Positions 1 through 9,097 of a DNA stretch of 64,000 bases are shown here, in pieces. The notes beneath the pieces are model-generated. The model did no database searches. It was not told the origin of the DNA and worked only from the letters and a program-made list of their open reading frames with translations. The DNA is taken from assembly GCA_963820375.1 (NCBI GenBank), contig CAWFZX010000016.1:309581-373580 (forward strand), written 5' to 3'. Each line of letters begins with the position of its first letter. Position 1 is the first letter of the stretch. This stretch comes from an uncultured Alphaproteobacteria bacterium (GTDB lineage: Bacteria; Pseudomonadota; Alphaproteobacteria; Rhizobiales; Hyphomicrobiaceae). A program made the translations under genes and the position numbers.

Positions 1-206
1 AGCCCGCCGCAGCAGATCACGGCGTCGCTGCGTTCCAGCCCCTGGCGAATACAGGCCTCGATGCGAGCGAAATTGTCGCCGACCTTGACCTGAAAATAGG
101 AGTCGATGCCGTTGAGGGCGAGCTGCTCGCCGATCCAGGCCGAGTTGCTGTCGACAATAATGCCGAGCAGAAGCTCGGTGCCGATCGCAATGACTTCGCA
201 CCGCAT
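1..206 (-). CDS. CinA-family / molybdopterin-binding domain protein, N-terminal part only (gene continues beyond the window start)
   Basis: Minus-strand translation from ATG (204-206) gives MRCEVIAIGTELLLGIIVDSNSAWIGEQLALNGIDSYFQVKVGDNFARIEACIRQGLERSDAVICCGGL. This is the typical CinA/MoCF-type N-terminus (EIIxxGxELLxGxxxDxN ... GGLG). Confidence 0.7.
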   Translation of the reverse strand, partial: MRCEVIAIGTELLLGIIVDSNSAWIGEQLALNGIDSYFQVKVGDNFARIEACIRQGLERSDAVICCGG

Positions 207-238
207 CCGCTATCCTCGAATTGCCGCTGCCGGGGCTG

Positions 239-853
239 CTACTTGATGGGAGAGAACGGTGCGGCGAGCAGGATTTTGGATTCCTGTTTCACGACCGGAC
301 TGTCGCCGGGTGGCGGCCAGATTCCCTCTGCCGTCGCCTTCCTGCGCACGTCGAGGCGCTGATCGAGGCTGTTGTAGGCCCAGATGTGCACCCACTGATT
401 GAGCCCACCGATGTCCGAGGTGAAGACCCCAATCAGCGGCGATAGCTTGAGGCGGCCAGGCAGGTACTCGGCCCAGCGCTCGGCCATCAGCGCCAGACTG
501 GCTGGCCTCAGCGTATAGCTGCGCATTTCGAAGTAGGGCCCGTGGTTGGAGGGCTCCAGCGGCGGCGAGTAGGGCAGCGGCTCGAAGATCTCCGAGCGCA
601 TTTCGACGATCAGCTCATGTGTCTTCGGTGGCCAGATCCCCTGCTTCACCGCTTCGGCGCGAATGCGGGAGCGCTCGAGCACGTCCTCGTAGGACCAGAC
701 ATGGATCACCTGATTGAGCGGCCCGATTTCGGTGTACCAAAAGGCGGCGAGTTTCGACAGCGCCAGCCGCGGCGGCAAGGCTTCGCCGAAGCGCTTCAGG
801 AACTCGGGCAGCGCGCGCGGCTGCAGCGTGTAGGTGCGAAACTCGTAAATCAT
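239..853 (-). CDS. NIPSNAP family protein (two tandem NIPSNAP domains)
   Basis: 204-aa ORF. Two internally repeated halves (YEFRTYTLQP...NQVIHVWSYED / FEMRSYTLRP...NQWVHIWAYNS) are characteristic of NIPSNAP dimeric alpha-beta barrel proteins. GC3-rich frame. Confidence 0.75.
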   Translation of the reverse strand: MIYEFRTYTLQPRALPEFLKRFGEALPPRLALSKLAAFWYTEIGPLNQVIHVWSYEDVLERSRIRAEAVKQGIWPPKTHELIVEMRSEIFEPLPYSPPLEPSNHGPYFEMRSYTLRPASLALMAERWAEYLPGRLKLSPLIGVFTSDIGGLNQWVHIWAYNSLDQRLDVRRKATAEGIWPPPGDSPVVKQESKILLAAPFSPIK

Positions 854-1096
854 GTTGCCTTCGGTGCCTCCCTGGCAGCGCGCTAACCGGCAGACCTTGG
901 GGGCCGCCCTGGCGCCGTGGCCCAGGATACGCGCTTCTGAATTGAGCCGGCAAGGTCGCAGCGCCCTGGCTCAGGGGCCTCCGCCGGGCGAGGCCGCCAA
1001 GGGAGCCGCCCCCGAGACGGCGCTGCTTGCCGTCTTTCGGAGCGCCGGCGAGGCAGCTATGATTTCCAGCGACAAAGCCGCCAATGGAGCCGCATC

Positions 1097-2299
1097 ATGC
1101 TCGACCTTGCCAAACCGGCCGCAGCCCGGCCCGCCATACCCTTTGACACCGGCCGCCTCGATCGGCTGATGGAGGAGGCCGGTATCGACCTGCTGCTCAG
1201 CACCTCCAAGCACAACGTGCAGTACCTGTTGGGCGGCCACCGCTCGATCTTCTTTGATTACATGGATGCCACTGGCGTCACGCGCTATCTGCCGGTGCTG
1301 GTTTATCCCAAGGGGGCACCCGATCAGGCCGCCTATATCGGCCATCGCCTGGAAAGCCACCAAAAGGAGGTCGAGCCATTTTGGACGCCGGAAGCCCTGA
1401 CCTCGAGTTCGGGGTCAACCGATGCGACCCAGAAGGCCATCGCCTATGTGCGCAAGGCGGGCCTGAAGGCGAAACGGATCGGCGTCGAGCTGCCGTTCCT
1501 GCCCGCCGATGCTGCCGCAACCTTGCGCGACGGCTTGCCCGATAGCCAGATCAAGGACTGCGTCTTTGTCCTCGAGCGGTTGCGTGCCAAGAAGCGCCCG
1601 GACGAACTCGCCTTGCTGCGTCGGGCGTCCGAGCTGGTGATCGAGGCGATGCTGGCGGTGATCAGCAAGCATGGTCCCGGCACCAGCAAGCGCCAACTGT
1701 TCGAGGCCTTGCGGCGCGAAGAGGTCAATCGCGGCATGACCTTCGAATATTGCCTGCTCACGGCCGGCACCAGCCTCAATCGCGCCCCCTCCGAGCAGCG
1801 CTGGGAGACGGGCGACATTATTTCTCTCGACTCCGGCGGCAACTATCACGGCTACATCGGCGACCTTTGCCGCATGGCGATCCAGGGCGAGCCGGACGCG
1901 GAACTGGAGGACTTGCTGGGCGAGATCGAGCAGATCCAGCGCGCTGCCATGGCGCCGATCAAGGCCGGTGCGCTCGGTGCCGTGATCTATGACACGGCCA
2001 CGCCGCTGCTGCGCCAATCAAAAAACCACAACCATCTGCATTTCCTGGCGCACGGCATGGGTCTTGTCAGCCACGAGGCGCCCCGCCTGGCCCCGCGCGG
2101 AAGCATGCCCTACGATCCCTACGATGCCGACTACCCGCTCGAGGCCGGCATGGTGATTTCGGTCGAAACCACCCTGCACCATCCCCGGCGGGGCTTCATC
2201 AAGCTGGAAGATACGGTGGTGGTCACCGACACGGGCTTCGAGATCTACGGCGAAGGCGCACGTGGCTGGAACCGGGGTGGCACAGCGGCGGCGGCCTGA
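1097..2299 (+). CDS. M24 family metallopeptidase (creatinase/prolidase-like)
   Basis: 400-aa ORF. N-terminal creatinase-like domain, then a pita-bread fold with metal-ligand context (DSGGNYHGYIGDLCR, HGMGL, ISVETT). Length is typical for the family. Confidence 0.75.
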   Translation: MLDLAKPAAARPAIPFDTGRLDRLMEEAGIDLLLSTSKHNVQYLLGGHRSIFFDYMDATGVTRYLPVLVYPKGAPDQAAYIGHRLESHQKEVEPFWTPEALTSSSGSTDATQKAIAYVRKAGLKAKRIGVELPFLPADAAATLRDGLPDSQIKDCVFVLERLRAKKRPDELALLRRASELVIEAMLAVISKHGPGTSKRQLFEALRREEVNRGMTFEYCLLTAGTSLNRAPSEQRWETGDIISLDSGGNYHGYIGDLCRMAIQGEPDAELEDLLGEIEQIQRAAMAPIKAGALGAVIYDTATPLLRQSKNHNHLHFLAHGMGLVSHEAPRLAPRGSMPYDPYDADYPLEAGMVISVETTLHHPRRGFIKLEDTVVVTDTGFEIYGEGARGWNRGGTAAAA

Positions 2300-2318
2300 C
2301 GCAGGGCAATGCCCGGAG

Positions 2319-3152
2319 CTAGCGACCCAGGTTGAACTTATAGGAGAGCCCAGCGCCGCCGAAGAAGGCATTTTCGGTCTCGATCACGGGACTGTCGGCG
2401 GCGTCACCGATCAGGCGCGAATAGCGTCCCGTCAGATAGAGCGTCCAGCGCGGATCGAGGTCGATGCTGGCGGTGGCGCCGATGCTGACATCCTTGAAGC
2501 CGGCGGAGGCGTCGAATTGGGGCAGACCCGCCAGCGACGTTGCCGCCTGGGCGGCGCTAACGCCGAAGTAGGTCTGCATGTAGTCGCTCGAGGCATAGGC
2601 GGTGCCGATGCTCGTCACCAACTGCCAGTGCGGCGCAGGCCGCCAGGTGTGATCGATGGCGAGGCGAATGAGGCCGCCCGTGTCGTCGTCGCCGGTCACT
2701 TGGTGATGATAGGAGGCTGAGAAAAACCATGGGCCGGCGCGATAGCCCCCGTAGGCGCCAACCACCAGCCCACCGTCGATATCACCAAGACCGGCCAAGC
2801 GGGCGTCATCGTCCTCATCACGGCTGAAGCGCCATCCCGCCAGCGGGCCCGCCTCGAAGCCGTTGCGCTGAATGAGCCGGTAGCGGACGTCGTCTGCGCC
2901 GCGGACGTCGACGGTGCTGCCGCCCTGGCCGAAGCCTGCCGGCGCCACAAAAGGAAAGCCCAAGACATCGTAGGACTTGGAGCCCTCGAATTTGGGGGTC
3001 ACGAAGACAAAGCCGCCGACCTGCCAGGCGGTGCCGGCAAAGCCAAAAAGGTCGGAGCGATCTTGCGCGGCGGCCGACGGCGCTGCGCACACGAGCCCGG
3101 CGCAGGCCGCCAAGGCCGCGCCAAGTATGCTGTTGGCTCCACCACGGTGCAT
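2319..3152 (-). CDS. MipA/OmpV family outer-membrane protein
   Basis: I trimmed the 418-aa track ORF to the internal ATG at 3150-3152 (MHRGGANSILGAALAACAGLVCAAPSAAAQ, a signal peptide). The remaining 277 aa show an alternating beta-strand pattern and MipA-like blocks (FVFVTPKFEGSKSY, RYSRLIGDAADSPV). Confidence 0.7.
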   Translation of the reverse strand: MHRGGANSILGAALAACAGLVCAAPSAAAQDRSDLFGFAGTAWQVGGFVFVTPKFEGSKSYDVLGFPFVAPAGFGQGGSTVDVRGADDVRYRLIQRNGFEAGPLAGWRFSRDEDDDARLAGLGDIDGGLVVGAYGGYRAGPWFFSASYHHQVTGDDDTGGLIRLAIDHTWRPAPHWQLVTSIGTAYASSDYMQTYFGVSAAQAATSLAGLPQFDASAGFKDVSIGATASIDLDPRWTLYLTGRYSRLIGDAADSPVIETENAFFGGAGLSYKFNLGR

Positions 3153-3435
3153 CGGGTTTCCCAGCAAGTCAGACCTATTGGCGCCAGTGTACCCGATTGC
3201 CGGTTGACGGATCGCTTGCAATCGGCGGCAGGGCCAGGATCCCGCGCCAGTGTTGCCAACACGACACGCGGGAGCCATCCGCTGCGGGGTGCCGCGCGGT
3301 CGCCCAGGGGACCGCGCGCCGGCCTGAGGGCGTGGCGCGCCCGCATGGCTTGCATTACACTGGCCACAACCATGCCCACGTCCATCCGGGATCGATCGGC
3401 CGCCATGGCGTGGCGTTGAGCGTAAGGGGGTAGAC

Positions 3436-4446
3436 ATGACGATCGGCAGCCGGCGGCCCGTGCATCGCCGCCGTTTTCTTGCCAGCGCCGGCGCGCTGCT
3501 GGCCGCCCCGGCCATGGCGGGCATGCCGATCCCCGGCGCGTTGGCCCAGCAGACCGGCCAGGCCGCGCCCCTCAATCCCTATCGCGAGCTTGGCGCCATT
3601 GCGGCCGAGGCCGAACGGCTCGGCCTTTCCGTGCCTAGGCTGTCGGCCGGCGTTGAGGGTGGTACCGATTTCGACAAGCTGATGCCGGCGATTGTCGACT
3701 TCATGGACAATATCAAGGCCTCGGCGAAGGCGAGTGCGGTCTCCCCGGCGGACCTGGAAGCCTTGCTGGACCGCACCTCGGCCCTGTTGCAACAGCTCAA
3801 CCGGGCCGAGCGCAGCCCGGCTGACCGTGATCCCATGTCGGGCGCGGGGGCTGCGACCGCGGCGCGGCCGCAATTCGGCGACATTCGCCAAAGTTATCTC
3901 GAGCTCTTCAACAGTTGTACGATCCGCGAGCAGCACGCAGCCGACGTCAAGTGGTGCATCGGCAAGCTCACCGATCCGGACAATCGCGAGCAGTACAACC
4001 GGGTTGCCGAAGAGGCCTGCGCACCCTGGTATTTCATCGGCATCATCCATGCCATGGAAGCAAGCTTCGATTTTCGCACCCACTTGCACAACGGCGATCC
4101 CTTGAAGGCCAAAACCGTGCAAGTGCCCAGTGGCCGGCCGCCGGTCTGGAACCCGCCCAACGACTGGGCCTCGAGTGCGCTCGATGCCATCACCTTCGAC
4201 CAATTCGCCGATCAGCCGGATTGGAGCCTGGCGCGCACGCTCTACAATTGGGAGGGCTACAACGGCTGGCGCAGCCGGGCCCGGGGCATCAATACGCCCT
4301 ATCTGTGGAGCTTTTCGAACCACTACAGCAAAGGCAAATTCGTCGCCGACAACGTCTGGGACGCCAATGCGGTGTCGCGGCAATGCGGCGCGGCGGTGAT
4401 GCTGAAGGCGCTGGTCAACGAAGGTTTTGTTGCCCTGCCGGCCTAG
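3436..4446 (+). CDS. Tat-signal secreted protein of unknown function
   Basis: AAGGGGG RBS 6 nt before the ATG. Twin-arginine signal (RRPVHRRRFLASAGALLAAPAMA). The conserved-looking C-terminal block IIHAMEASFDFRTHLHNGDPLKAKTVQVPSGRP...YNWEGYNGW recalls uncharacterised domains seen in peptidoglycan-binding proteins. I assign no function. Confidence 0.6.
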   Translation: MTIGSRRPVHRRRFLASAGALLAAPAMAGMPIPGALAQQTGQAAPLNPYRELGAIAAEAERLGLSVPRLSAGVEGGTDFDKLMPAIVDFMDNIKASAKASAVSPADLEALLDRTSALLQQLNRAERSPADRDPMSGAGAATAARPQFGDIRQSYLELFNSCTIREQHAADVKWCIGKLTDPDNREQYNRVAEEACAPWYFIGIIHAMEASFDFRTHLHNGDPLKAKTVQVPSGRPPVWNPPNDWASSALDAITFDQFADQPDWSLARTLYNWEGYNGWRSRARGINTPYLWSFSNHYSKGKFVADNVWDANAVSRQCGAAVMLKALVNEGFVALPA

Positions 4447-4470
4447 CATTGCGCCGGCTTCGGAGGGGCG

Positions 4471-5034
4471 TCATTTCGGCGCGCGCTTGGCGAGAATGCG
4501 CTGCAAGGTCCGCCGATGCATGTTCAGCCGGCGCGCGGTTTCCGACACGTTGCGATTGCACAATTCATAGACGCGCTGGATGTGCTCCCAACGCACCCGA
4601 TCGGCCGACATCGGATTTTCAGGCGGTCGAGCCTTCGCGTCATGCGGCGCCAACAGAGCATCGGTCACATCGTCGGCATCGGCGGGCTTCGCCAGATAGT
4701 CGACGGCGCCGAGCTTAACGGCGGAGACGGCGGTGGCGATGTTGCCATAGCCGGTAAGCACGATGGTGCGCGCTTGCGGTCTCAGCTCGGAGAGGGCGGC
4801 GATGACGTCGAGGCCGTTGCCGTCCTCCAGGCGCATGTCGACCACCGCAAAGGCCGGTGCCTTCTGGCGGATCAGCTCCAGACCCTCGGCCACCGAGTGG
4901 GCGGTGCGCACTTCGAAGCCTCGCGTTTCCATGGCGCGTGCCAGCCGAAATACGAATGAGCGGTCATCGTCGACCAGCACCAATGAGCGATCATCGGGCA
5001 GTTCGTCCGGCTTGAAAGCGAGATCATCGACCAC
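4471..5034 (-). CDS. regA: RegA/PrrA/ActR redox-responsive response regulator
   Basis: 187 aa. Receiver domain (LVLVDDD..., VVDMRLEDGNG, LTGYGNIATAV) plus the near-invariant RegA-type HTH NVSETARRLNMHRRTLQRILAKRAPK. Lies immediately downstream of regB. Confidence 0.9.
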   Translation of the reverse strand: MVDDLAFKPDELPDDRSLVLVDDDRSFVFRLARAMETRGFEVRTAHSVAEGLELIRQKAPAFAVVDMRLEDGNGLDVIAALSELRPQARTIVLTGYGNIATAVSAVKLGAVDYLAKPADADDVTDALLAPHDAKARPPENPMSADRVRWEHIQRVYELCNRNVSETARRLNMHRRTLQRILAKRAPK

Positions 5035-5104
5035 TGCTGCTCTCCTTGCCGGGTATTATAGCGAGCCTCGGCGCTGTGCCAACGCTGTTTAGGAAGTAGG
5101 CTTA

Positions 5105-6512
5105 TTAACCGATGCTGCGTTCATGCGCAGCAACCAACGCCCGCGGCGCTTGGGCGTCCCAGCCAGTTTCGGTCCTGCGCTGGCTCTCGAAGGTCGATCG
5201 CGGCCAGGTGACGGTGACGATGGCGCCGTGGTCAGGACGCGGACGATTTTCCAAGGTCACGGTCGCGCCGGACCGTTCCAAGAGGGTCTTGGCAATGAAA
5301 AAGCCAAGGCCGAGTCCGGCGGGTTCACCATCTTTGATCTGCCCGGAGCGGCGCGTTCCACGCGTGGTGATGTAGGGCTCTCCCAGGGCATCGAGCACAT
5401 CGAGGGGAATGCCAGGACCGTCGTCGCTGATCGTCAGCGTGATCTCCCGTGCCGACCACCTGGCGGTGATCTCGACGCGCTCGCCGGCGAAGTCGACGGC
5501 GTTCTCGATCAGATTGCTGAGCCCATAAATGACGCCCGGCTTGCGTTCGCCCACCGGCTCAAGGGCCGCTTCACCCTCGACGCCGGGTCGCGGGCTCAGC
5601 GGTAACGCTCAAACGTGAGCCGGTGCCGCGATAGGGCTCGGCGGCTTCATCGATCAGCTGCGTGACGTTCATACGTGCGTGCAACGGATCGGGCTCCGTC
5701 GGGCTGCGTGTCAGCTTTGTCAGAATCTCACGGCAGCGCATGGCTTGCGCCTGCAGCAGAGCGACGTCCTCGGCGAATTGGCTACCGTTCTTGGCCTCGC
5801 GCGCCAGTTCCTTGGCAATGACGGCAATGGTCGAAAGCGGCGTGCCGAGCTCATGCGCCGCAGCAGCCGCCAAGCCGTCGAGCGCGTGCAGCTGTTGTTC
5901 GCGCGCCAGCACCAGTTCGGTGGCAGCCAGCGCATCCGACATCTGGCGCGCCTCCTTGGCCAGCCGCCAGGCATAAAGGGCGAGAAACACCATGCCCGAT
6001 AGAACCGAGGCCAGCAAACCGACGCTATAAAGCATGGGAAGATCGGGGCGGAGGCCGGGATACCACGGCAACGGCATGGCGTAAAACAGCAAGAGCACGG
6101 CGGTGCCGGCGCCGAGCAGACCAAGCGCAATGGTATTGCGCGGCGGCAGCGTCGCGGCCGACACCGTCACCGGTGCGACCAACAGAAAAATGAACGGATT
6201 GTCCGCGCCTCCGGTCAGGAACAAAAGGGCAGCCAGCTGCAGGATGTCGTAGGCGAGCAGACTGGTGGCGAAGCCGGTACTAAGTCGGGTGCGGGCTGGA
6301 AAGCGGATGCGCAGGAAGACGTTGAGCCATGCCGACAGCGCAATGAAGGCCAGGCAGATGCCGAGCGGGAGGGCAAAGCCCAGCACCAGGTAGACGACGC
6401 CGACGGTCAACAGCTGACCGATCACGCCAAACCAGCGCAGCCGCACGGCCGTCTGCAGGCGCAACCTGCTGCCGGCCGCATCATCCCAGTGTTTTTCAGG
6501 CCGCAGCATCAC
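5105..6512 (-). pseudogene. regB: RegB/PrrB/ActS sensor histidine kinase, split by a frameshift (or an assembly indel)
   Basis: ORF 5571..6512 has six TM segments, the H-box AAAHELGTPLSTI and the RegB redox-box Cys (QAMRCREILTKL). ORF 5105..5554, in another frame, has the N/G boxes (NLIENAVDFA, DDGPGI, GLGLGFFIAKT). The frames join around 5580-5600. Confidence 0.85.
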
Positions 6513-6676
6513 GCGAAGCGCTCGTTTGTGCTAGAACCGCCGGCAAGGGAGCGCGACGCTCTGCTGGCTTGCGCGGTGGGTCTTGCTACCCCAGATAGGG
6601 CGAGGTTACCAGCCATTGGGCCCGATGCCGCTGGGAGATCCTTAGCTGCAGCTTGGCCAGAACCGTTACCAGCCCC

Positions 6677-7459
6677 ATGCAGAAGCCGATGCCTTCCGCC
6701 CATGGCGGCCGACCGCCTCCCGTTGAGGTGACGGCCCTGCGCAAGGTCTATCGCGACGTTGCCGCCGTGGCGGGCATCGACTTTCGCCTCGAGGAAGGCG
6801 CGGTCACGGCGCTCTTGGGCGGCAATGGCGCCGGCAAGACCACGACCATTTCTATGCTGATGGGCCTCGTCATCCCGACCTCCGGCGAGGCGCGCGTTTT
6901 CGGTGCCAACATGGCAAGCCAGCGTCACCAGGTGTTGCATCGCATGAATTTTGAAAGCCCCTACGTCGACGTGCCGATGCGGTTGACCGTGCGGCAGAAC
7001 CTGGAAATCTACGGACGCCTCTACGGCGTGCGCGATCTCAAGGCCTGCGTCGCTGCCACGGCCGAGGAGCTGCGCCTGGGCGAGTTTCTCGACCGCCCCT
7101 ACGGCAAGCTGTCGGCGGGACAGAAAACCCGCGTCAGCCTGGCCAAGGCGCTGCTGAACGAGCCGGAGCTCTTGCTTCTCGACGAGCCCACCGCCTCGCT
7201 CGATCCCGATACCGCGGACTGGGTGCGCGCCAAGCTCGAGGACTACTTGAGGGCGCGCGGCGCCACCGTCGTGCTGGCCTCCCACAACATGGCCGAGGTC
7301 GAGCGGCTGGCCGACCGCGTGATCATGCTGGAGCGAGGGCGCGTCATTGCCGATGAGACCCCCGACGAGCTGATCAGGCGCTTCGGGCGCAGCAATCTGG
7401 AGGAGGTGTTTCTCGCCATTGCGCGGCGCCCGTCCGAGGCCGAGGAGGCGGTGCGATGA
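6677..7459 (+). CDS. ABC transporter ATP-binding protein (ABC-2 exporter type)
   Basis: Walker [10 protein letters not shown], signature [15 protein letters not shown], Walker [13 protein letters not shown]. The track ORF starts at TTG 6653; I prefer the first ATG at 6677. The stop overlaps the permease start (ATGA). Confidence 0.85.
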   Translation: MQKPMPSAHGGRPPPVEVTALRKVYRDVAAVAGIDFRLEEGAVTALLGGNGAGKTTTISMLMGLVIPTSGEARVFGANMASQRHQVLHRMNFESPYVDVPMRLTVRQNLEIYGRLYGVRDLKACVAATAEELRLGEFLDRPYGKLSAGQKTRVSLAKALLNEPELLLLDEPTASLDPDTADWVRAKLEDYLRARGATVVLASHNMAEVERLADRVIMLERGRVIADETPDELIRRFGRSNLEEVFLAIARRPSEAEEAVR

Positions 7460-8310
7460 ACCGCAGGGTCGAGCCCGGGCTGCCGTCGCCGCGCTTGCGC
7501 GAGCAGACGACGCTTGCCGCCTCGGCCGGGCGCATTTGGGGCATGGTGCTGCGTTACTGGTACGTGATCCGCTCCTCCTGGCCGCGCACCGCCGAGCTCA
7601 TCTACTGGCCACTCGTGCAGATGCTGATGTGGGGTTTTCTGCAGAGCTATCTTGCCAGCACAACGAGCCTTGCTGCGAAGGCGGCCGGCTTGTTCATCGG
7701 TGCCGTGCTGTTGTGGGATATTCTGGTGCGCAGCCAGCTCGGCTTTGCCGTGGCGTTCCTCGAGGAGATCTGGTCGCGCAACCTCGGTCACCTGATGATG
7801 AGCCCATTGCGCCCCGTCGAACTGGTTGCCGCCTTGATGGCCGTCAGCTTCATCAAGCTGCTGGTCGCCATGGTGCCGGTCGCCGGCCTGGCCTATGCCT
7901 TTTTCGGCTTCAACGTCCTGTCGCTGGGGTTGGCGTTCGCGGCCTTCTTCGCCAATCTGGTGTTCACGAGCTGGTCGCTAGGTCTCATTTCGACAGGGGT
8001 GGTGCTGCGCTGGGGGCTCGGCGCGGAGAGCTTCGCCTGGCTGATCGTATTCGTGTTGCTGCCGCTGTGCTGCGTGTACTATCCGGTCGCCACCCTGCCG
8101 GCCTGGCTGCAGCCGGTGTCGTTGGCGCTGCCGCCGACCTACGTGTTTGAAGGTCTGCGTGCGATTGTGCTGGAGGGCAATTTCATTGCCTCCTTCATGC
8201 TGAAGGCCTTCGTCCTCAACATGATCTATTTCGCGCTTGGGTTTGCAGCCTTCAGCTTCTTCCTGCAGAGTGCCCGCCGGCACGGAACGCTGGTGCAGAT
8301 GGGCGAATGA
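7456..8310 (+). CDS. ABC-2 type transporter permease
   Basis: 284 aa with six predicted hydrophobic segments. Translationally coupled to the upstream ATPase. Confidence 0.75.
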   Translation: MNRRVEPGLPSPRLREQTTLAASAGRIWGMVLRYWYVIRSSWPRTAELIYWPLVQMLMWGFLQSYLASTTSLAAKAAGLFIGAVLLWDILVRSQLGFAVAFLEEIWSRNLGHLMMSPLRPVELVAALMAVSFIKLLVAMVPVAGLAYAFFGFNVLSLGLAFAAFFANLVFTSWSLGLISTGVVLRWGLGAESFAWLIVFVLLPLCCVYYPVATLPAWLQPVSLALPPTYVFEGLRAIVLEGNFIASFMLKAFVLNMIYFALGFAAFSFFLQSARRHGTLVQMGE

Positions 8311-8322
8311 GGTAGCAGAGCT

Positions 8323-8940
8323 GTGACCAATTCGAGCTTGAAGCTCGCGCTCATCGTGCTGGCCGGCTTGATGATCGGTGCGGCAGCGGCGCTGGCGCTT
8401 TTTCCGCAAGCGCGCGAACGCCTGCTGCCAGCGGGGACAACGTCGGCCGGGCGGGCGTTGGTCGGCGGTCCATTTGCGCTGACCGATCAGACCGGCAAGC
8501 GCGTGACGGACAAGGACTTCCGCGGCCGCTATACGCTGGTGTTCTTCGGCTTTACGTATTGTCCGGACGTGTGCCCGTCTGCGTTGCAGGTGGTGGCGGG
8601 CGCGCTCGACAAACTGGGTGCCAAGGGGCGGCAGATCACCCCCGTGTTCGTGACCGTCGATCCCGAGCGCGACAGCCCTGCCCAGCTTGCCACCTATCTA
8701 AAAAGTTTCCACCCGCGCCTCGTCGGTTTGACCGGCAGCAGCGCGGACATCGAGGCCGTCACCAAGGCCTACCGGGTCTATGTGAAAAAAGTGACCGATG
8801 CCAAGTCGAGCGCCGGCTACAGCTTCGATCATTCGGCCATCATCTACCTGATGGGGCCGGATGGGGCCTACCTCACCCACTTCACGCATGCCACCAGCGT
8901 CGACGCCATGGCGGAGCGCCTGGGCAAGCTGTTGCCCTGA
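8323..8940 (+). CDS. senC: SCO1/SenC family copper chaperone / thiol-disulfide protein
   Basis: N-terminal membrane anchor, CxxxC motif in FGFTYCPDVCPSAL and a conserved distal His (FDHSAIIYL). Located in the regBA neighbourhood, as senC/prrC is in Rhodobacter. GTG start. Confidence 0.8.
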   Translation: MTNSSLKLALIVLAGLMIGAAAALALFPQARERLLPAGTTSAGRALVGGPFALTDQTGKRVTDKDFRGRYTLVFFGFTYCPDVCPSALQVVAGALDKLGAKGRQITPVFVTVDPERDSPAQLATYLKSFHPRLVGLTGSSADIEAVTKAYRVYVKKVTDAKSSAGYSFDHSAIIYLMGPDGAYLTHFTHATSVDAMAERLGKLLP

Positions 8941-9097
8941 GGTCACATCTCTTTTAGGTTCGGTCGAATCAGTGCACTGTTCTTTGTGCGCCATGTCAGG
9001 ATCTTGCCGCCAAGCACGCGCAAAGACGGCGTCAGCCGCAATCGACGCACAAAGGCGTGGTTGGCGTAGGGACTGAAAAAATCGGGGGATCGTTTTC

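Noticed and set aside
3153-3575. N-terminal 141 codons of the 418-aa ORF containing mipA
   Set aside because: The upstream part is Arg/Pro/Gly-rich with no signal peptide. The internal Met at 3152 gives a proper signal peptide and a family-typical length.
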